The notes: generated by a model not told the origin, from the sequence alone. A DNA stretch of 64,000 nucleotides from Acidimicrobiia bacterium (GCA_036521915.1 DATDGU010000111.1:966-64965), one strand, 5' to 3'; counted from the first letter of the stretch, positions 48,271 to 57,752 are shown. Numbers and translations are program-made.

Positions 48271-51087
48271 GTGGGTCAAGTCCCGGCGTGGCTGATCGAA
48301 GGGATCCCCTTCGGTTGCGTCTACGCGCTCATCGCCATCGGGATCGTCCTCACCTATAAGACGACCGGGGTCTTCAACTTCGCGTTCGCCGCCCAGGCTT
48401 TCGTGGCCGCGGCGGTGTACGTGGAGATGGTCGAGGTCCACGGCGACCCGCGCTGGCTGGGCCTCGTAGTCGCGATCCTCATCGTGTCGCCGCTCTTGGG
48501 GCTGGCGTTCGACCGGTTCCTGTTCCGCGCCATGCGCACGAGCGGGTGGCAGGTGAAGCTCGTCGTGGTGCTCGGCATGTTCATCGCCTTGCCCCAGATC
48601 GTCCTCGACTTCATCAGCGGCCAGCAGCCGGTGCCGGTGACGGTGCGGTCGAGCATCCCACCAATGCTCGGGATCAACGCCCCGGGCTTCAACATCGGGA
48701 CCCACTTCGTGTCGTGGGACTTCGCGTTGGCGGCGATCGTCACCGTGGTCACCGTGCTGATCCTCGGGTTCATCTTCCGGTACACCGCGATCGGGCTGCA
48801 GATGCGAGCGGTCGTCGAGAGCCCCCGCATGGTCGAGCTGGCGGGGGTGAACTCGGAGCGGGTGAGCGCGGTGGCCTGGATGCTCTCGAGCGTCATGGCG
48901 GGCATCGCCGGCGTGATCCTCGCCACGCTGGCCCAGACGCTGAACGCGAACGTCTTCACGCTGCTGCTCGTCATCACGATCGCTGCGGCGGCGTGCGGGC
49001 GCCTCACGAGCATCCCGGTGACGTTCTTCGCCGGCATCGCGCTCGGCGTCGCGGACCGGGCGCTGCCCGACATCCTCCAGAGCTGGTTCGGGGTGAGCTC
49101 GGCGAGCGAGCTGGCGAAGGACCTGCGGCCGTCGCTGCCGTTCCTGCTGCTGTTCCTCATCCTCGTGCTCGTCAAGTCGATCCGGTCGCGGCGCGAAGCG
49201 GCGGACCCGCTCGCGGGCGTCGACCCGCCGCCGCCGGCGATGGCGCACACCTACAAGACGCCCGAGCTCGAGCGGCTCACGAAGATCATCTTCCCGATCT
49301 TCATCGGCGGGTTCGTCCTGGTGATGCTGACGATCGTCAGCGGCCTGTGGGTGTTCCGCATCACCGACGGGCTGACGCTCGCCGTCACGTTCCTCTCGAT
49401 CACGATCATCACCGGGTTCGCCGGACAGATCTCGCTCGCCCAGGCGACGTTCGCCGGGATCGGAGGGTTCACCGCGGCCGACCTCGCCGTCGATCACGGG
49501 ATCCCGATCCTGGTCGGGGTGCTCATCGGCGCGGTCGTCGCCGCCGCGGTCGGCGCCCTCTTCTCGCTGCCCGCCCTGCGCCTCGGCGGCATCTACCTGA
49601 CGCTCGCGACCTTGGCCTTCGGGCTCATGGTCGAGAACGTCGTCTTCAACCGACCAGAGATCTCCAACGGCACGGCCGGGATCCATGTGCCGCGCCCCGA
49701 CTTCGCGACGACGGACCGCTCCTTCTTCCTGCTCATCTTCGCGATCTTCGCCGTCGTCGGCTTCGGCGTGATCTTGATACGCAAGGGGACGACCGGACGA
49801 TTCTTCCTGGCGATCCGCGGCAGCGAGACCGCCGCGGCGTCGATCGGCATCAACGCGACCGCGCTGCGCGTCACGCTCTTCGCCACGTCGGCCGCGGTGG
49901 CGGGCATCGGCGGTGGGCTCATCGCGATGTCGGGACAGGACGTGCGCGTCGGGGACGCCCCGACGTTCCCCACGATCCTCGGCATCGCGTGGGTGGTGCT
50001 CGTCGTCACCCTCGGCTCGCGCACGGTGGACGGCGCGGTGAACGCGGGGATCAGCTTCGTCGTGTTCCAGTGGCTGCTCGAGGACGGCCTGCACCTGACG
50101 CCGGGGATCTTCCTGATCCTCTTCGGCCTCGGGGCGATCACCTACGCCCGTCACCCCGAGGGGATCGTCGAGTACCAGACCCGCAAGAGCCTCGTCGAGA
50201 TGGCCCGGGCCCGGGCGCTCGCCGTGCGCGCGAAGGGCCTTGCCGCCCGACACGAGCTCCCCGAGACCTACACGCGGGTCGCGCGCGTCGTCGTGCCGAT
50301 CGCGGCCGGCCCCGCCCTGTACCTCGTGTACCTGCTCGTCCGCACCGGGACGCAGCTCGACGCCACGATCGTCGGCTCGCCGCCGTTCGTCCGGACGATC
50401 GGGCACTGGGCCGACGTGCACAGCCGCACGCTGCTGCCGTTCGTGCTGCCGAGCGTCGCGTTCCTGCTCGTGTGGATGCTGTGGGCCGACCGGGGCCTCG
50501 CCCGTCAGCGGGCCGACCGCCGTGGGCCGTACGTGTTCGTCGGCGGGGCCGCGCTCGGCGCGCTGCTCGGCTGGATGATGCACAGCAACGGCCACGTGTC
50601 GGTCTTCGGGGCGCACTGGAACCTCTCCGGCACGTTCCTGCTCACCCAGGTGTGGGGTGACCTGCCGGGCAGCACCACCGACTGCGTCCTCCTCGGCACG
50701 ATCGTCGGCGCGGCCGCGGTCATGTTCCTGTGGCTGCCGTCGCAGGTCCAGCGGGTCGCGAAGGCGAAGGGATGGCTCGAGGCGCCGCTCACCTGGAAGG
50801 ACGGCCGGGTCCCGGCCGGCATGGTGATCATCGGCGTCTACCTCTTCACCCGGCTGAAGACGGCGACGCCGCCGAGCGGCTGGCCGGTCGCGATCGTCGC
50901 CATCGCGCTGACGATCGTGTGGCTCCAGTTCGTGGCGAGCCTCCAGGGCGCGATCAACGAGCTGGCGATCGGCAACGAGGGGGAGACCCGCCGCATCGCC
51001 GAGGGCCTCGGCCGGCCCGAGACCGGCCTGACCGCGCCCGCCGCGCTCCCCGAGCCGGTCCCGGCGCCCGCGGGGGGCAGCGAGTGA
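48271..51087 (+). CDS. Fused LivH-LivM branched-chain amino-acid ABC permease with a C-terminal polytopic extension of about 300 aa
   Basis: 938 aa. The N-terminal part is LivH-like (GIPFGCVYALIAIGIVLTYKTTGVFNFA). The middle part is LivM-like (GFAGQISLAQATFAGIGGF). Residues from about 640 to 938 contain additional hydrophobic helices. Confidence 0.8.
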   Translation: MGQVPAWLIEGIPFGCVYALIAIGIVLTYKTTGVFNFAFAAQAFVAAAVYVEMVEVHGDPRWLGLVVAILIVSPLLGLAFDRFLFRAMRTSGWQVKLVVVLGMFIALPQIVLDFISGQQPVPVTVRSSIPPMLGINAPGFNIGTHFVSWDFALAAIVTVVTVLILGFIFRYTAIGLQMRAVVESPRMVELAGVNSERVSAVAWMLSSVMAGIAGVILATLAQTLNANVFTLLLVITIAAAACGRLTSIPVTFFAGIALGVADRALPDILQSWFGVSSASELAKDLRPSLPFLLLFLILVLVKSIRSRREAADPLAGVDPPPPAMAHTYKTPELERLTKIIFPIFIGGFVLVMLTIVSGLWVFRITDGLTLAVTFLSITIITGFAGQISLAQATFAGIGGFTAADLAVDHGIPILVGVLIGAVVAAAVGALFSLPALRLGGIYLTLATLAFGLMVENVVFNRPEISNGTAGIHVPRPDFATTDRSFFLLIFAIFAVVGFGVILIRKGTTGRFFLAIRGSETAAASIGINATALRVTLFATSAAVAGIGGGLIAMSGQDVRVGDAPTFPTILGIAWVVLVVTLGSRTVDGAVNAGISFVVFQWLLEDGLHLTPGIFLILFGLGAITYARHPEGIVEYQTRKSLVEMARARALAVRAKGLAARHELPETYTRVARVVVPIAAGPALYLVYLLVRTGTQLDATIVGSPPFVRTIGHWADVHSRTLLPFVLPSVAFLLVWMLWADRGLARQRADRRGPYVFVGGAALGALLGWMMHSNGHVSVFGAHWNLSGTFLLTQVWGDLPGSTTDCVLLGTIVGAAAVMFLWLPSQVQRVAKAKGWLEAPLTWKDGRVPAGMVIIGVYLFTRLKTATPPSGWPVAIVAIALTIVWLQFVASLQGAINELAIGNEGETRRIAEGLGRPETGLTAPAALPEPVPAPAGGSE

Positions 51088-51890
51088 GCACCACGACGAC
51101 GCCCGTGGACGCCACGTCGGGCACGACCCGCGCCCCGCTGCTGTCCGCCCGCGGGATCACGAAGCGGTTCTCAGGGATCAGCGCGCTGAGCGAGGTCGAC
51201 TGCGACGTCCACCCCGGCGAGATGGTCGGGCTGATCGGCCCGAACGGCGCCGGGAAGACGACGTTCTTCAACTGCCTGCTCGGCATGCTGCGCCCCGAGG
51301 GCGGGAGCGTCCACTTCGACGGCCGCGACATCACCCGCATGCCGATCCACCGGCGGGCCCGGCTCGGGATCGGCCGCACGTTCCAGCGCCTCGAGCTGTT
51401 CTCGGGGATGACGGTCCGCGAGCACTTCCTCGTGACCGAGCGGGCCCGGAACCGCAGCGGCAGCCTCTGGAAGGACCTCCTCAACCTCTCGAAGCCGACG
51501 GCCCAGGAGCAGGCCCTCGCGCAGCGGATGCTCGAGATCCTCAACCTCGAGGCCGAGGCCGACAAGCCTGTCGAGTCGCTGAGCCTCGGACGCGGCCGCC
51601 TCGTCGAGCTCGGCCGGGCGCTGATGACCCAGCCGAAGATGCTGCTCCTCGACGAGCCGTCCTCGGGCCTCGACGTGCGCGAGACGGCGAGCCTCGCCGA
51701 GCGTCTCGCCACCGTGCAGGCCGAGCACGACTTCGCCGTGCTGCTGGTCGAGCACGACGTCGAGATGGTGTCGAGCCTCGTCACCCGCCTCTACGTGCTC
51801 GACTTCGGGGAGCTCATCGCCAGCGGCGCGACGAAGGACGTCCTCGGCGACGCCGAGGTCCGCAAGGCCTACCTCGGAGACTTCGAATGA
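51084..51890 (+). CDS. Branched-chain amino-acid ABC transporter ATP-binding protein (LivG-like)
   Basis: The GTG start overlaps the permease stop (GTGA). Has Walker A GPNGAGKTT and LSLGRGRLVELGRAL. Confidence 0.88.
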   Translation: MSTTTTPVDATSGTTRAPLLSARGITKRFSGISALSEVDCDVHPGEMVGLIGPNGAGKTTFFNCLLGMLRPEGGSVHFDGRDITRMPIHRRARLGIGRTFQRLELFSGMTVREHFLVTERARNRSGSLWKDLLNLSKPTAQEQALAQRMLEILNLEAEADKPVESLSLGRGRLVELGRALMTQPKMLLLDEPSSGLDVRETASLAERLATVQAEHDFAVLLVEHDVEMVSSLVTRLYVLDFGELIASGATKDVLGDAEVRKAYLGDFE

Positions 51891-52651
51891 CGAGCGCCGC
51901 CGCGCCGCCGATCCTGGAGCTGCGCAACGTCGAGGCGAGCTACGGGCCGTTCCGGTCCCTTTTTGGGGTGTCGTTCTCGATCGCCGAGGGCGGGGTCACC
52001 GCGCTCCTCGGCGGCAACGGGTCGGGCAAGACCACCGTCGTGCGGGTCTGCTCCGGGCTGCTGCACCCGATCGGCGGCCAGGTGTACTACCAGGGCGAGG
52101 ACGTCACCCAGCTGCGCGCCTACCGGCTGTCTCGCCTCGGCGTCGTGCACGCCCCGGAGGGCCGCTCGGTGTTCGCGACGCTCTCCGTCGAGGACAACTT
52201 GAACCTCACGTTCCGCCAGGCGTTCGGGCGCAAGGGCTGCCACGGCGCGCTCGACCAGGCGTACAGCCTCTTCCCGCGCCTCGGCGAGCGGCGCCGCCAG
52301 CAGGCCGGGACGCTCTCCGGCGGGGAGCAGCGGATGCTGTCCCTCGCCCGGGTGCTCGTCCGGTCCCCGAAGCTGCTCATCACCGACGAGCTGTCGCTCG
52401 GCCTGGCGCCGCTCATCATCGACGAGGTCTACGAGACGCTCGCCACGATCCACGAGCACGGCACGGCGCTGCTCATCGTCGAGCAGCACATCCGCCAGGC
52501 GCTCATCCTCGCCGACCACGTCGTCGTCATGGGCAAGGGGAAGGTGAGCCTCTCCGGGCGCACCGAGGAGCTCGGCGACGTCGGGGAGCGGATCCTGCCC
52601 GCCATCCAGGGCGAGCGCCTCTCCGGCAACGGGGCCCAGCCCGGGTCCTGA
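51887..52651 (+). CDS. Branched-chain amino-acid ABC transporter ATP-binding protein (LivF-like)
   Basis: ATGA overlap with the upstream gene. Has Walker A GGNGSGKTT and signature LSGGEQRM. Confidence 0.88.
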   Translation: MTSAAAPPILELRNVEASYGPFRSLFGVSFSIAEGGVTALLGGNGSGKTTVVRVCSGLLHPIGGQVYYQGEDVTQLRAYRLSRLGVVHAPEGRSVFATLSVEDNLNLTFRQAFGRKGCHGALDQAYSLFPRLGERRRQQAGTLSGGEQRMLSLARVLVRSPKLLITDELSLGLAPLIIDEVYETLATIHEHGTALLIVEQHIRQALILADHVVVMGKGKVSLSGRTEELGDVGERILPAIQGERLSGNGAQPGS

Positions 52652-52657
52652 CGCGAC

Positions 52658-52692
52658 GACGCCGCCCCGGCCCGAAGGCGCGGGGCGGCGTC
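52658..52692. terminator. Bidirectional GC-rich hairpin between the liv operon and the convergent gene
   Basis: GACGCCGCCCCG pairs with CGGGGCGGCGTC (12 bp). Three further inner pairs (GCC with GGC, across a one-base bulge) close a CGAA loop. Confidence 0.65.
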
Positions 52693-52709
52693 CGCCGGTC
52701 GAACGTCTG

Positions 52710-53285
52710 CTACGAGGAGGGCGGGATGGGCAGCCCGGCCGCCGTGTAGCACTCGTTGCTGGCCTGTGCGGCCACGGCACCGGCACCCGACTCGAGGTCA
52801 CAGACCGTCGAGGCCGAGATGAACCAGTGGCCGTGCTCGATGAGCGCGTCGCCGGCCTCGGTGATGCCGAGCGGTGCCCCCGTCGTGCTGGTCGTCTTGT
52901 CCTTCAGGTACAGGCCATAGGTGAAGGTCAGCGTGTGCTTCCCGTTGCACTTCACCGTGATCATGGTCGGCAGGGTTATAGACGTCGGGCTGGTCAGCCC
53001 GGCGGCCGTGTCGAGCTGCTCGCTCAGCGCGTACGACGGGGCGATCTTCGACCCCATGTCCACGTACGTGAACGCGAGGTTCGAGTTCCCGGAAAGGAAG
53101 TCGTCCATCGCGACCGTGATGCCCGTCTTCGCCGTGCTCGTCGAGCAGCTCGTGACCTTCGGCGACTTCGGTTGCGTCGTCGTGGTCGTTCCGCCGCCCT
53201 TCGCGCCCGCTGGTACCGCCGCGGCGAGGGCCATCACCGTCCCGAGCGCCGCCGCCCCGAGGGCGGCTGTCCAGTGCTTCCTCAT
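52710..53285 (-). CDS. Secreted protein of unknown function
   Basis: 191 aa. Has signal peptide MRKHWTAALGAAALGTVMALAAAVPAGA, a Thr/Gly-rich linker and 4 Cys in the mature part. The region is visibly less GC-rich than its neighbours. Confidence 0.6.
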   Translation of the reverse strand: MRKHWTAALGAAALGTVMALAAAVPAGAKGGGTTTTTQPKSPKVTSCSTSTAKTGITVAMDDFLSGNSNLAFTYVDMGSKIAPSYALSEQLDTAAGLTSPTSITLPTMITVKCNGKHTLTFTYGLYLKDKTTSTTGAPLGITEAGDALIEHGHWFISASTVCDLESGAGAVAAQASNECYTAAGLPIPPSS

Positions 53286-53315
53286 GCTCCCCCCTGTCCG
53301 TGTCTGACGAGTGCG

Positions 53316-54050
53316 TCAGGAAGGTAGCACCGGGGTCGCCGCAGGAGACGTCGCGGCCACGCCCGGTGGTTGGTCCCGGGCGTCGGCGCCGAAGAGCGCG
53401 GCGTGGGTGACGCCGGCGAGGGTGGTGACGAGCTCGGCCCGCCCGACCCGGATCTGGCGGGTCTCCAGGTAGTAGGTGGCGCGCTCGATCATCGCCACCA
53501 GCGCGAGCGCCGCGACGCGGGCGTCGAGGTCGGGCACGGCGGCCCGGACGCGGGTGGTGAGCTCGCGGGCGAACTGGGCGACGAGGTCACCGCCGACCTG
53601 GCCGAGCTCGCTGTCGACGATCTCGGCCTCGGTCCAGGTGCGCAGCAGCGCGCTCTGCTGGTCGTAGAGGTCGGTGAACCGGGCCAGCCAGTCGACGAGC
53701 GCGGCGTAGCCGTCGCGGTCGGGGGTGAGGGGCGGGAGCGCCCGGGCGAGCTCGACCATCGATTCGGTCGTACCGGCGACGAGGGCCCGGAACAGCTCCT
53801 CCTTGCTCGAGAAGTACAGATAGAAGGTGCCGTGCGAGGTGCGGGCGGCCTTCACGATGTCGTCGACGCGGGCGGCGTGGAAGCCCCGGTCGGCGAAGAC
53901 GGCTGCACCGGCGTCGAGGAGCCGGGCGAGGGTGCGCTGCCCGCGGGCGCGCAGCGCCCGGTCCGGGCCCGGGCCGCCCTGGCGGCCCACCGGCCGCGCC
54001 GCGGCGCGCTCGGGATCCATGGTGAACGTCGAGCGTAGCCTGACGCCCAT
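53316..54050 (-). CDS. TetR family transcriptional regulator
   Basis: Has the HTH region LLDAGAAVFADRGFHAARVDDIVKAARTSHGTFYLYF. An alternative ATG is at 54020. Confidence 0.85.
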   Translation of the reverse strand: MGVRLRSTFTMDPERAAARPVGRQGGPGPDRALRARGQRTLARLLDAGAAVFADRGFHAARVDDIVKAARTSHGTFYLYFSSKEELFRALVAGTTESMVELARALPPLTPDRDGYAALVDWLARFTDLYDQQSALLRTWTEAEIVDSELGQVGGDLVAQFARELTTRVRAAVPDLDARVAALALVAMIERATYYLETRQIRVGRAELVTTLAGVTHAALFGADARDQPPGVAATSPAATPVLPS

Positions 54051-54085
54051 GTCACCTTCTGGGTCGCGCGACTAGCCTGCGCGCC

Positions 54086-54511
54086 GTGCCCACCACCGCT
54101 CCCGCCTTCGACGCGCTGTCCGTCGGCGACGCGGCGCCGCCGCTCGTCGTCGAGCAGCTGACCCGCACGAACTTCGTGCGCTACGCCGGTGCGTCCGGTG
54201 ACTTCAACCCGATGCACCACGACGACACCATGGCCACGTCGGTCGGCAACCCGTCGGTGTTCGGCCACGGGATGCTCACCGCCGGGCTCATGGCGCGCGT
54301 TGTGAAGGACTGGTTCGGGCCCGAGGCGCTGCGCCGCTTCCAGGTCCGCTTCTCGAAGCAGGTGTGGCCGGGCGACACGCTCACCTGCACCGCGACGGTC
54401 ACGGGCAAGCGCGACGAGGGCGGCGAGCACCTCGTCGACCTGGCCTGCGCGGTGACGAACCAGGACGGCGTCGAGGTGCTGAGCGGCACGGCGACCGCCG
54501 CGGTGGCCTGA
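54086..54511 (+). CDS. MaoC-like (hotdog) dehydratase
   Basis: 141 aa. Has YAGASGDFNPMHHD, the hydratase-2 motif. Confidence 0.85.
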   Translation: MPTTAPAFDALSVGDAAPPLVVEQLTRTNFVRYAGASGDFNPMHHDDTMATSVGNPSVFGHGMLTAGLMARVVKDWFGPEALRRFQVRFSKQVWPGDTLTCTATVTGKRDEGGEHLVDLACAVTNQDGVEVLSGTATAAVA

Positions 54512-55417
54512 GTGGGGCTCCTCGACGGGCGGGTCGCCGTCGTGACCGGCTCGGGGCGCGGCATCGGCCGGGCCTTCGTGACGGCGATGGCCGACGCGGG
54601 CGCCCGGGTCGTCGTCAACGACGTCGGTGCGGCCCTCGACGGCGCGGGCATCGGCGAGGACCCAGCGACGCAGGTCTGCGAGGAGATCCGGGCGGCCGGC
54701 GGGGAGGCGGTCCCGAACCACGACTCGGTGACCGACTTCGAGGGGGCGGGCCGCATCGTGCAGCAGGCCCTCGACGCGTTCGGGCGCCTCGACATCCTCG
54801 TGAACAACGCCGGGATCGTCCGGGACCGCACCCTGGTGAAGATGACCGAGGCCGACTTCGACGCGGTCCTGGCCGTGCATCTCAAGGGCTCGTTCAACTG
54901 CGCGCACCACGCGGCGGGGGTGATGCGCGAGGCGGGCTACGGGCGCATCATCAACATCACGTCGTCCGCCGGCCTGCGCGGCAACTTCGGCCAGACCAAC
55001 TACGGCGCGGCGAAGGCCGCGCTGATGGGGCTCACGTTCATCTGGGCGCTCGAGCTCGGACGCAGCGGCATCACGGTGAACGCGGTGGCGCCGGCGGGTG
55101 CGACGCGGATGACCGCCGCGCTCTTCGAGCGCTCGGGCGCCGCGCCACCGCCCGAGCAGGACCCGGCCCTGAACGCGGCGCTCGTCGTCTTCCTCGCGTC
55201 GGAGCGAGCCGGCCACGTGAACGGGCAGATCCTCGGCCGCACCGACTACGCGTACACGATCTTCCAGCACCCCAAGCAGATCGCGTTCATGTGGCGTGAC
55301 GGCGGCTGGACGCCCGAGCTGGTCGCCGAGCACTTCGACCAGGTGCTCGGCCAGCACCTCCAGACGGTCGGCATGGTGATGCCGTCCGGGATGGAGTTCC
55401 AGGGCGGGACGCCCTAG
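54512..55417 (+). CDS. SDR family oxidoreductase
   Basis: 301 aa. Has VTGSGRGIG, NNAG and the catalytic YGAAKAA. Confidence 0.85.
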   Translation: MGLLDGRVAVVTGSGRGIGRAFVTAMADAGARVVVNDVGAALDGAGIGEDPATQVCEEIRAAGGEAVPNHDSVTDFEGAGRIVQQALDAFGRLDILVNNAGIVRDRTLVKMTEADFDAVLAVHLKGSFNCAHHAAGVMREAGYGRIINITSSAGLRGNFGQTNYGAAKAALMGLTFIWALELGRSGITVNAVAPAGATRMTAALFERSGAAPPPEQDPALNAALVVFLASERAGHVNGQILGRTDYAYTIFQHPKQIAFMWRDGGWTPELVAEHFDQVLGQHLQTVGMVMPSGMEFQGGTP

Positions 55418-55427
55418 CCCGCGCGCC

Positions 55428-56057
55428 GTGGCCTTCCCGCTCGGCGTCCTCGACCTGGCGTTCCGCCCCGCCCCGCCGCCCGAGGCGGCGCGCCGGGCGG
55501 CGGCGCTCGGCTTCGAGCACATCGACGTCGTCGTCGAGGTCGACCCGGCGACGCTCGCGCTCCCGGTCGGCTGCCCGACGGCGTTCCCGAAGCCCCAGCC
55601 CGGCTGGTGCTCGACGCCCGCGCCCCGCGACGGGCCGGACATGTGGGAGCGCACGGCGCGCTGGTTCCGGCGCGCGCCCGGCGCGCTCCTCGAGCCGTGG
55701 GCCGGCGCGACGGTCTGCTCGCTCGAGACGGTGCGCGCCATGCAGGCCGAGGTGCCAGGTCTGCGGCTGCTCGTCGACACGGGCCACGTCGCGGACTGGG
55801 GCGGCGACCCGCTCGAGCTGCTCGAGCACGCCGACCACCTCCAGCTCCGCCAGGGCGGCCCGGGGCACACCCAGCTGCACGTCGACGACCCGGCCGGCGT
55901 CGTCGACTTCGCCGCGGTGCTCGCCCGCCTCGAGGCGCTCGGCTATCGGGGCCGGCTCTCGGTCGAGTACTTCGACCTCCCCGAGTACGGGTGGGGCCTC
56001 GAGGACCCCCTCGCCTGGACGGTCGCGCTGGCCGAGCACGTCCGGGCGCTCATGTGA
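55428..56057 (+). CDS. Sugar-phosphate isomerase/epimerase-like (xylose-isomerase TIM-barrel) protein
   Basis: 209 aa. Has weak but typical AALGFEHIDV and DTGH motifs. It is shorter than typical family members. Confidence 0.45.
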   Translation: MAFPLGVLDLAFRPAPPPEAARRAAALGFEHIDVVVEVDPATLALPVGCPTAFPKPQPGWCSTPAPRDGPDMWERTARWFRRAPGALLEPWAGATVCSLETVRAMQAEVPGLRLLVDTGHVADWGGDPLELLEHADHLQLRQGGPGHTQLHVDDPAGVVDFAAVLARLEALGYRGRLSVEYFDLPEYGWGLEDPLAWTVALAEHVRALM

Positions 56058-57114
56058 GCCGCGCCTGCAGGAAGGCCACGACGTCGAGGTCCTCGACGGC
56101 CGCGGTGGCGCGCGCCATGCCGCCCTGGCCGACCTCGGCGCGCTGCCAGCGCTCCCCGACCCCGGCGGTCGACGTCGCCGACGCCCACGCGTAGGTCGCG
56201 AACAGCCGGTACTGGTCCCACTGGGTCGCGGCGTCGAGCGTCACGCCGTGCGTGGCGAGCTGCGCGCGGTACCGGTCGAGCCAGGCCCGCTCGTGGGCCC
56301 GCCGGGTCTCGGTCGGGACCGACTGGCACAGCACGTACGCCAGGTCCCACATGCCGGCGCGGTGCTGCACCATGCCCCAGTCGAAGAATCCGGGGCGGTC
56401 CCCGTCGGCGAAGAGGTTCCCGAGGTGCGGGTCCCCGTGGGCGAGCGTGCGCGGCTCGACGTCGAAGAGTGCGGCGACCTCGGGGGTGCGCGCCCCGTCG
56501 AGGTCGCCGACGGCGCGGAACGCCGCCGGGAGCTGGTCGGCGAACTGGTCGAGGGCCTGGGCGATGAAGGGGCCGCCGCCGCCGTAGGCGAGGCGCAGCC
56601 CCTCGCCGATGAACCCGAGCGGCCCGCCGTCGAACTCGGGCGAGGACCAGAACCGGGCGTGGAGCGCGGCGAGCTCGTCGACGAGGCGGGTGACGTAGTC
56701 GACCAGGTCCGGGTCGCGGGGGGTGGGGAAGCGGGCGCCGCTCGCCACGAGGTCCTCGAGCACCATGACGTAGCGGTCCTCGACGACGGCGGCGTGCCAG
56801 ACGTGCGGGATTCGCACCGGGGTGCGCGCCGCGACGTCGCGGTAGAAGCGGGCCTCGGCGACGCCGAGACCGACCGCGTCGACGAAGCGGCGCTGACGCT
56901 CGTCGAAGGGTGCGAGCTTCACGAACACCGACGCGGGCCGTCCGGGCGCATCGCCGTCGTAGGTGACGCCGAGGCGCACCCGGCCGGTCGTCCCCGAGTG
57001 CGCGTCGAGCACCTCGACGGCCCGCACCGGCGCGTCGAGCGCCCCACCCACCCACGCGGCGGTGAGCTCCTCGCGGCGGCCGGCCGGCATCCGCATGGCG
57101 TCGGCTGGCGCCAT
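56050..57114 (-). CDS. Phosphotransferase (APH-like kinase) family protein
   Basis: 354 aa. Has LAHGDPHLGNLF and FFDWG motifs. Confidence 0.75.
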   Translation of the reverse strand: MAPADAMRMPAGRREELTAAWVGGALDAPVRAVEVLDAHSGTTGRVRLGVTYDGDAPGRPASVFVKLAPFDERQRRFVDAVGLGVAEARFYRDVAARTPVRIPHVWHAAVVEDRYVMVLEDLVASGARFPTPRDPDLVDYVTRLVDELAALHARFWSSPEFDGGPLGFIGEGLRLAYGGGGPFIAQALDQFADQLPAAFRAVGDLDGARTPEVAALFDVEPRTLAHGDPHLGNLFADGDRPGFFDWGMVQHRAGMWDLAYVLCQSVPTETRRAHERAWLDRYRAQLATHGVTLDAATQWDQYRLFATYAWASATSTAGVGERWQRAEVGQGGMARATAAVEDLDVVAFLQARLT

Positions 57115-57212
57115 CGGCTCCTCCTCGGTTGGCCGGGCATCATGCCAGCCGCCTCGGGTGCCCCGCCCGGTCGGTACGATCGGAGGTCCTCACCCACGTA
57201 AAGGAAGGTGTG

Positions 57213-57752
57213 ATGGCCCGGATCACGATCCTGGACCCCACCGCGACGCCCCCCCAAGTCACCCCGGACCCCGGTCCCGACGCGGGCCGCCTCGCCGGCA
57301 GGCGGGTCGGGCTGCGCAGCGACGCGACGTGGCAGTCCTGGGAATGGGTGCTCGACGAGTGGCGTGCCGAGCTGAAGGCGGCCGGCGCCGACGTGACCGA
57401 GTGGCACGCCGGCAACCGCATCGGCGACGAGGGCGACCGCACGTTCGCGGAGCTGGCGAGTTTCGCGACCGACGTCGATATCGCCATCGTCGGCCTCGGC
57501 AACTGAGGCTCGTGCACTTCGTGGAGCGTCCACGACACCGTGGCCGCAGCCCACGAGGGCAAGACGGCGGTCGTCGTCGTGACAGCAGAGTTCGAATCCC
57601 TCGCCCACACCATGGCCGCGAACGCCGGCCGGGTGGGCCTGCGCGTGCACACGCTCCCGTATCCCCTCGAATCGCGCCCCGAGGCCGAGGTGCGGGCCAT
57701 CGCCAAGCAGCACTGGCCCGCCCTCCTCACCACGCTCGGCGCGTCGACCTGA
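57213..57752 (+). CDS. Small redox protein with an in-frame UGA in a U-G-S-C motif (candidate selenoprotein)
   Basis: ORFs 57129..57506 and 57540..57752 share a frame and are separated only by TGA 57504-57506. The joined sequence reads ...DVDIAIVGLGN-[TGA]-GSCTSWSVHDTVAAAHEGKTAVVVV... The ATG at 57213 has an AAGGAAGG RBS. A hairpin follows the TGA. Confidence 0.65.
57519..57535 (+). promoter_or_regulatory. Candidate bacterial SECIS hairpin downstream of UGA 57504-57506
   Basis: The mRNA reads UGA-N12-UCGUGGA-GCG-UCCACGA, a perfect 7-bp stem with loop GCG. The loop begins 20 nt after the UGA. Confidence 0.5.

Noticed and set aside
48142-50616. 824-aa minus-strand ORF and 704-aa plus-strand alternative frame over the livHM permease
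   Set aside because: They are charged and Arg-rich, which is incompatible with the clear hydrophobic permease reading frame.
54509-54514. MaoC dehydratase and the following SDR are in the same frame, separated only by TGA-GTG: a possible readthrough fusion or third Sec site
   Set aside because: There is no redox motif at the junction and no convincing downstream hairpin. The SDR has its own complete N-terminal Rossmann motif. Sharing a frame has a one-in-three chance, so this is treated as ordinary stop-start coupling.
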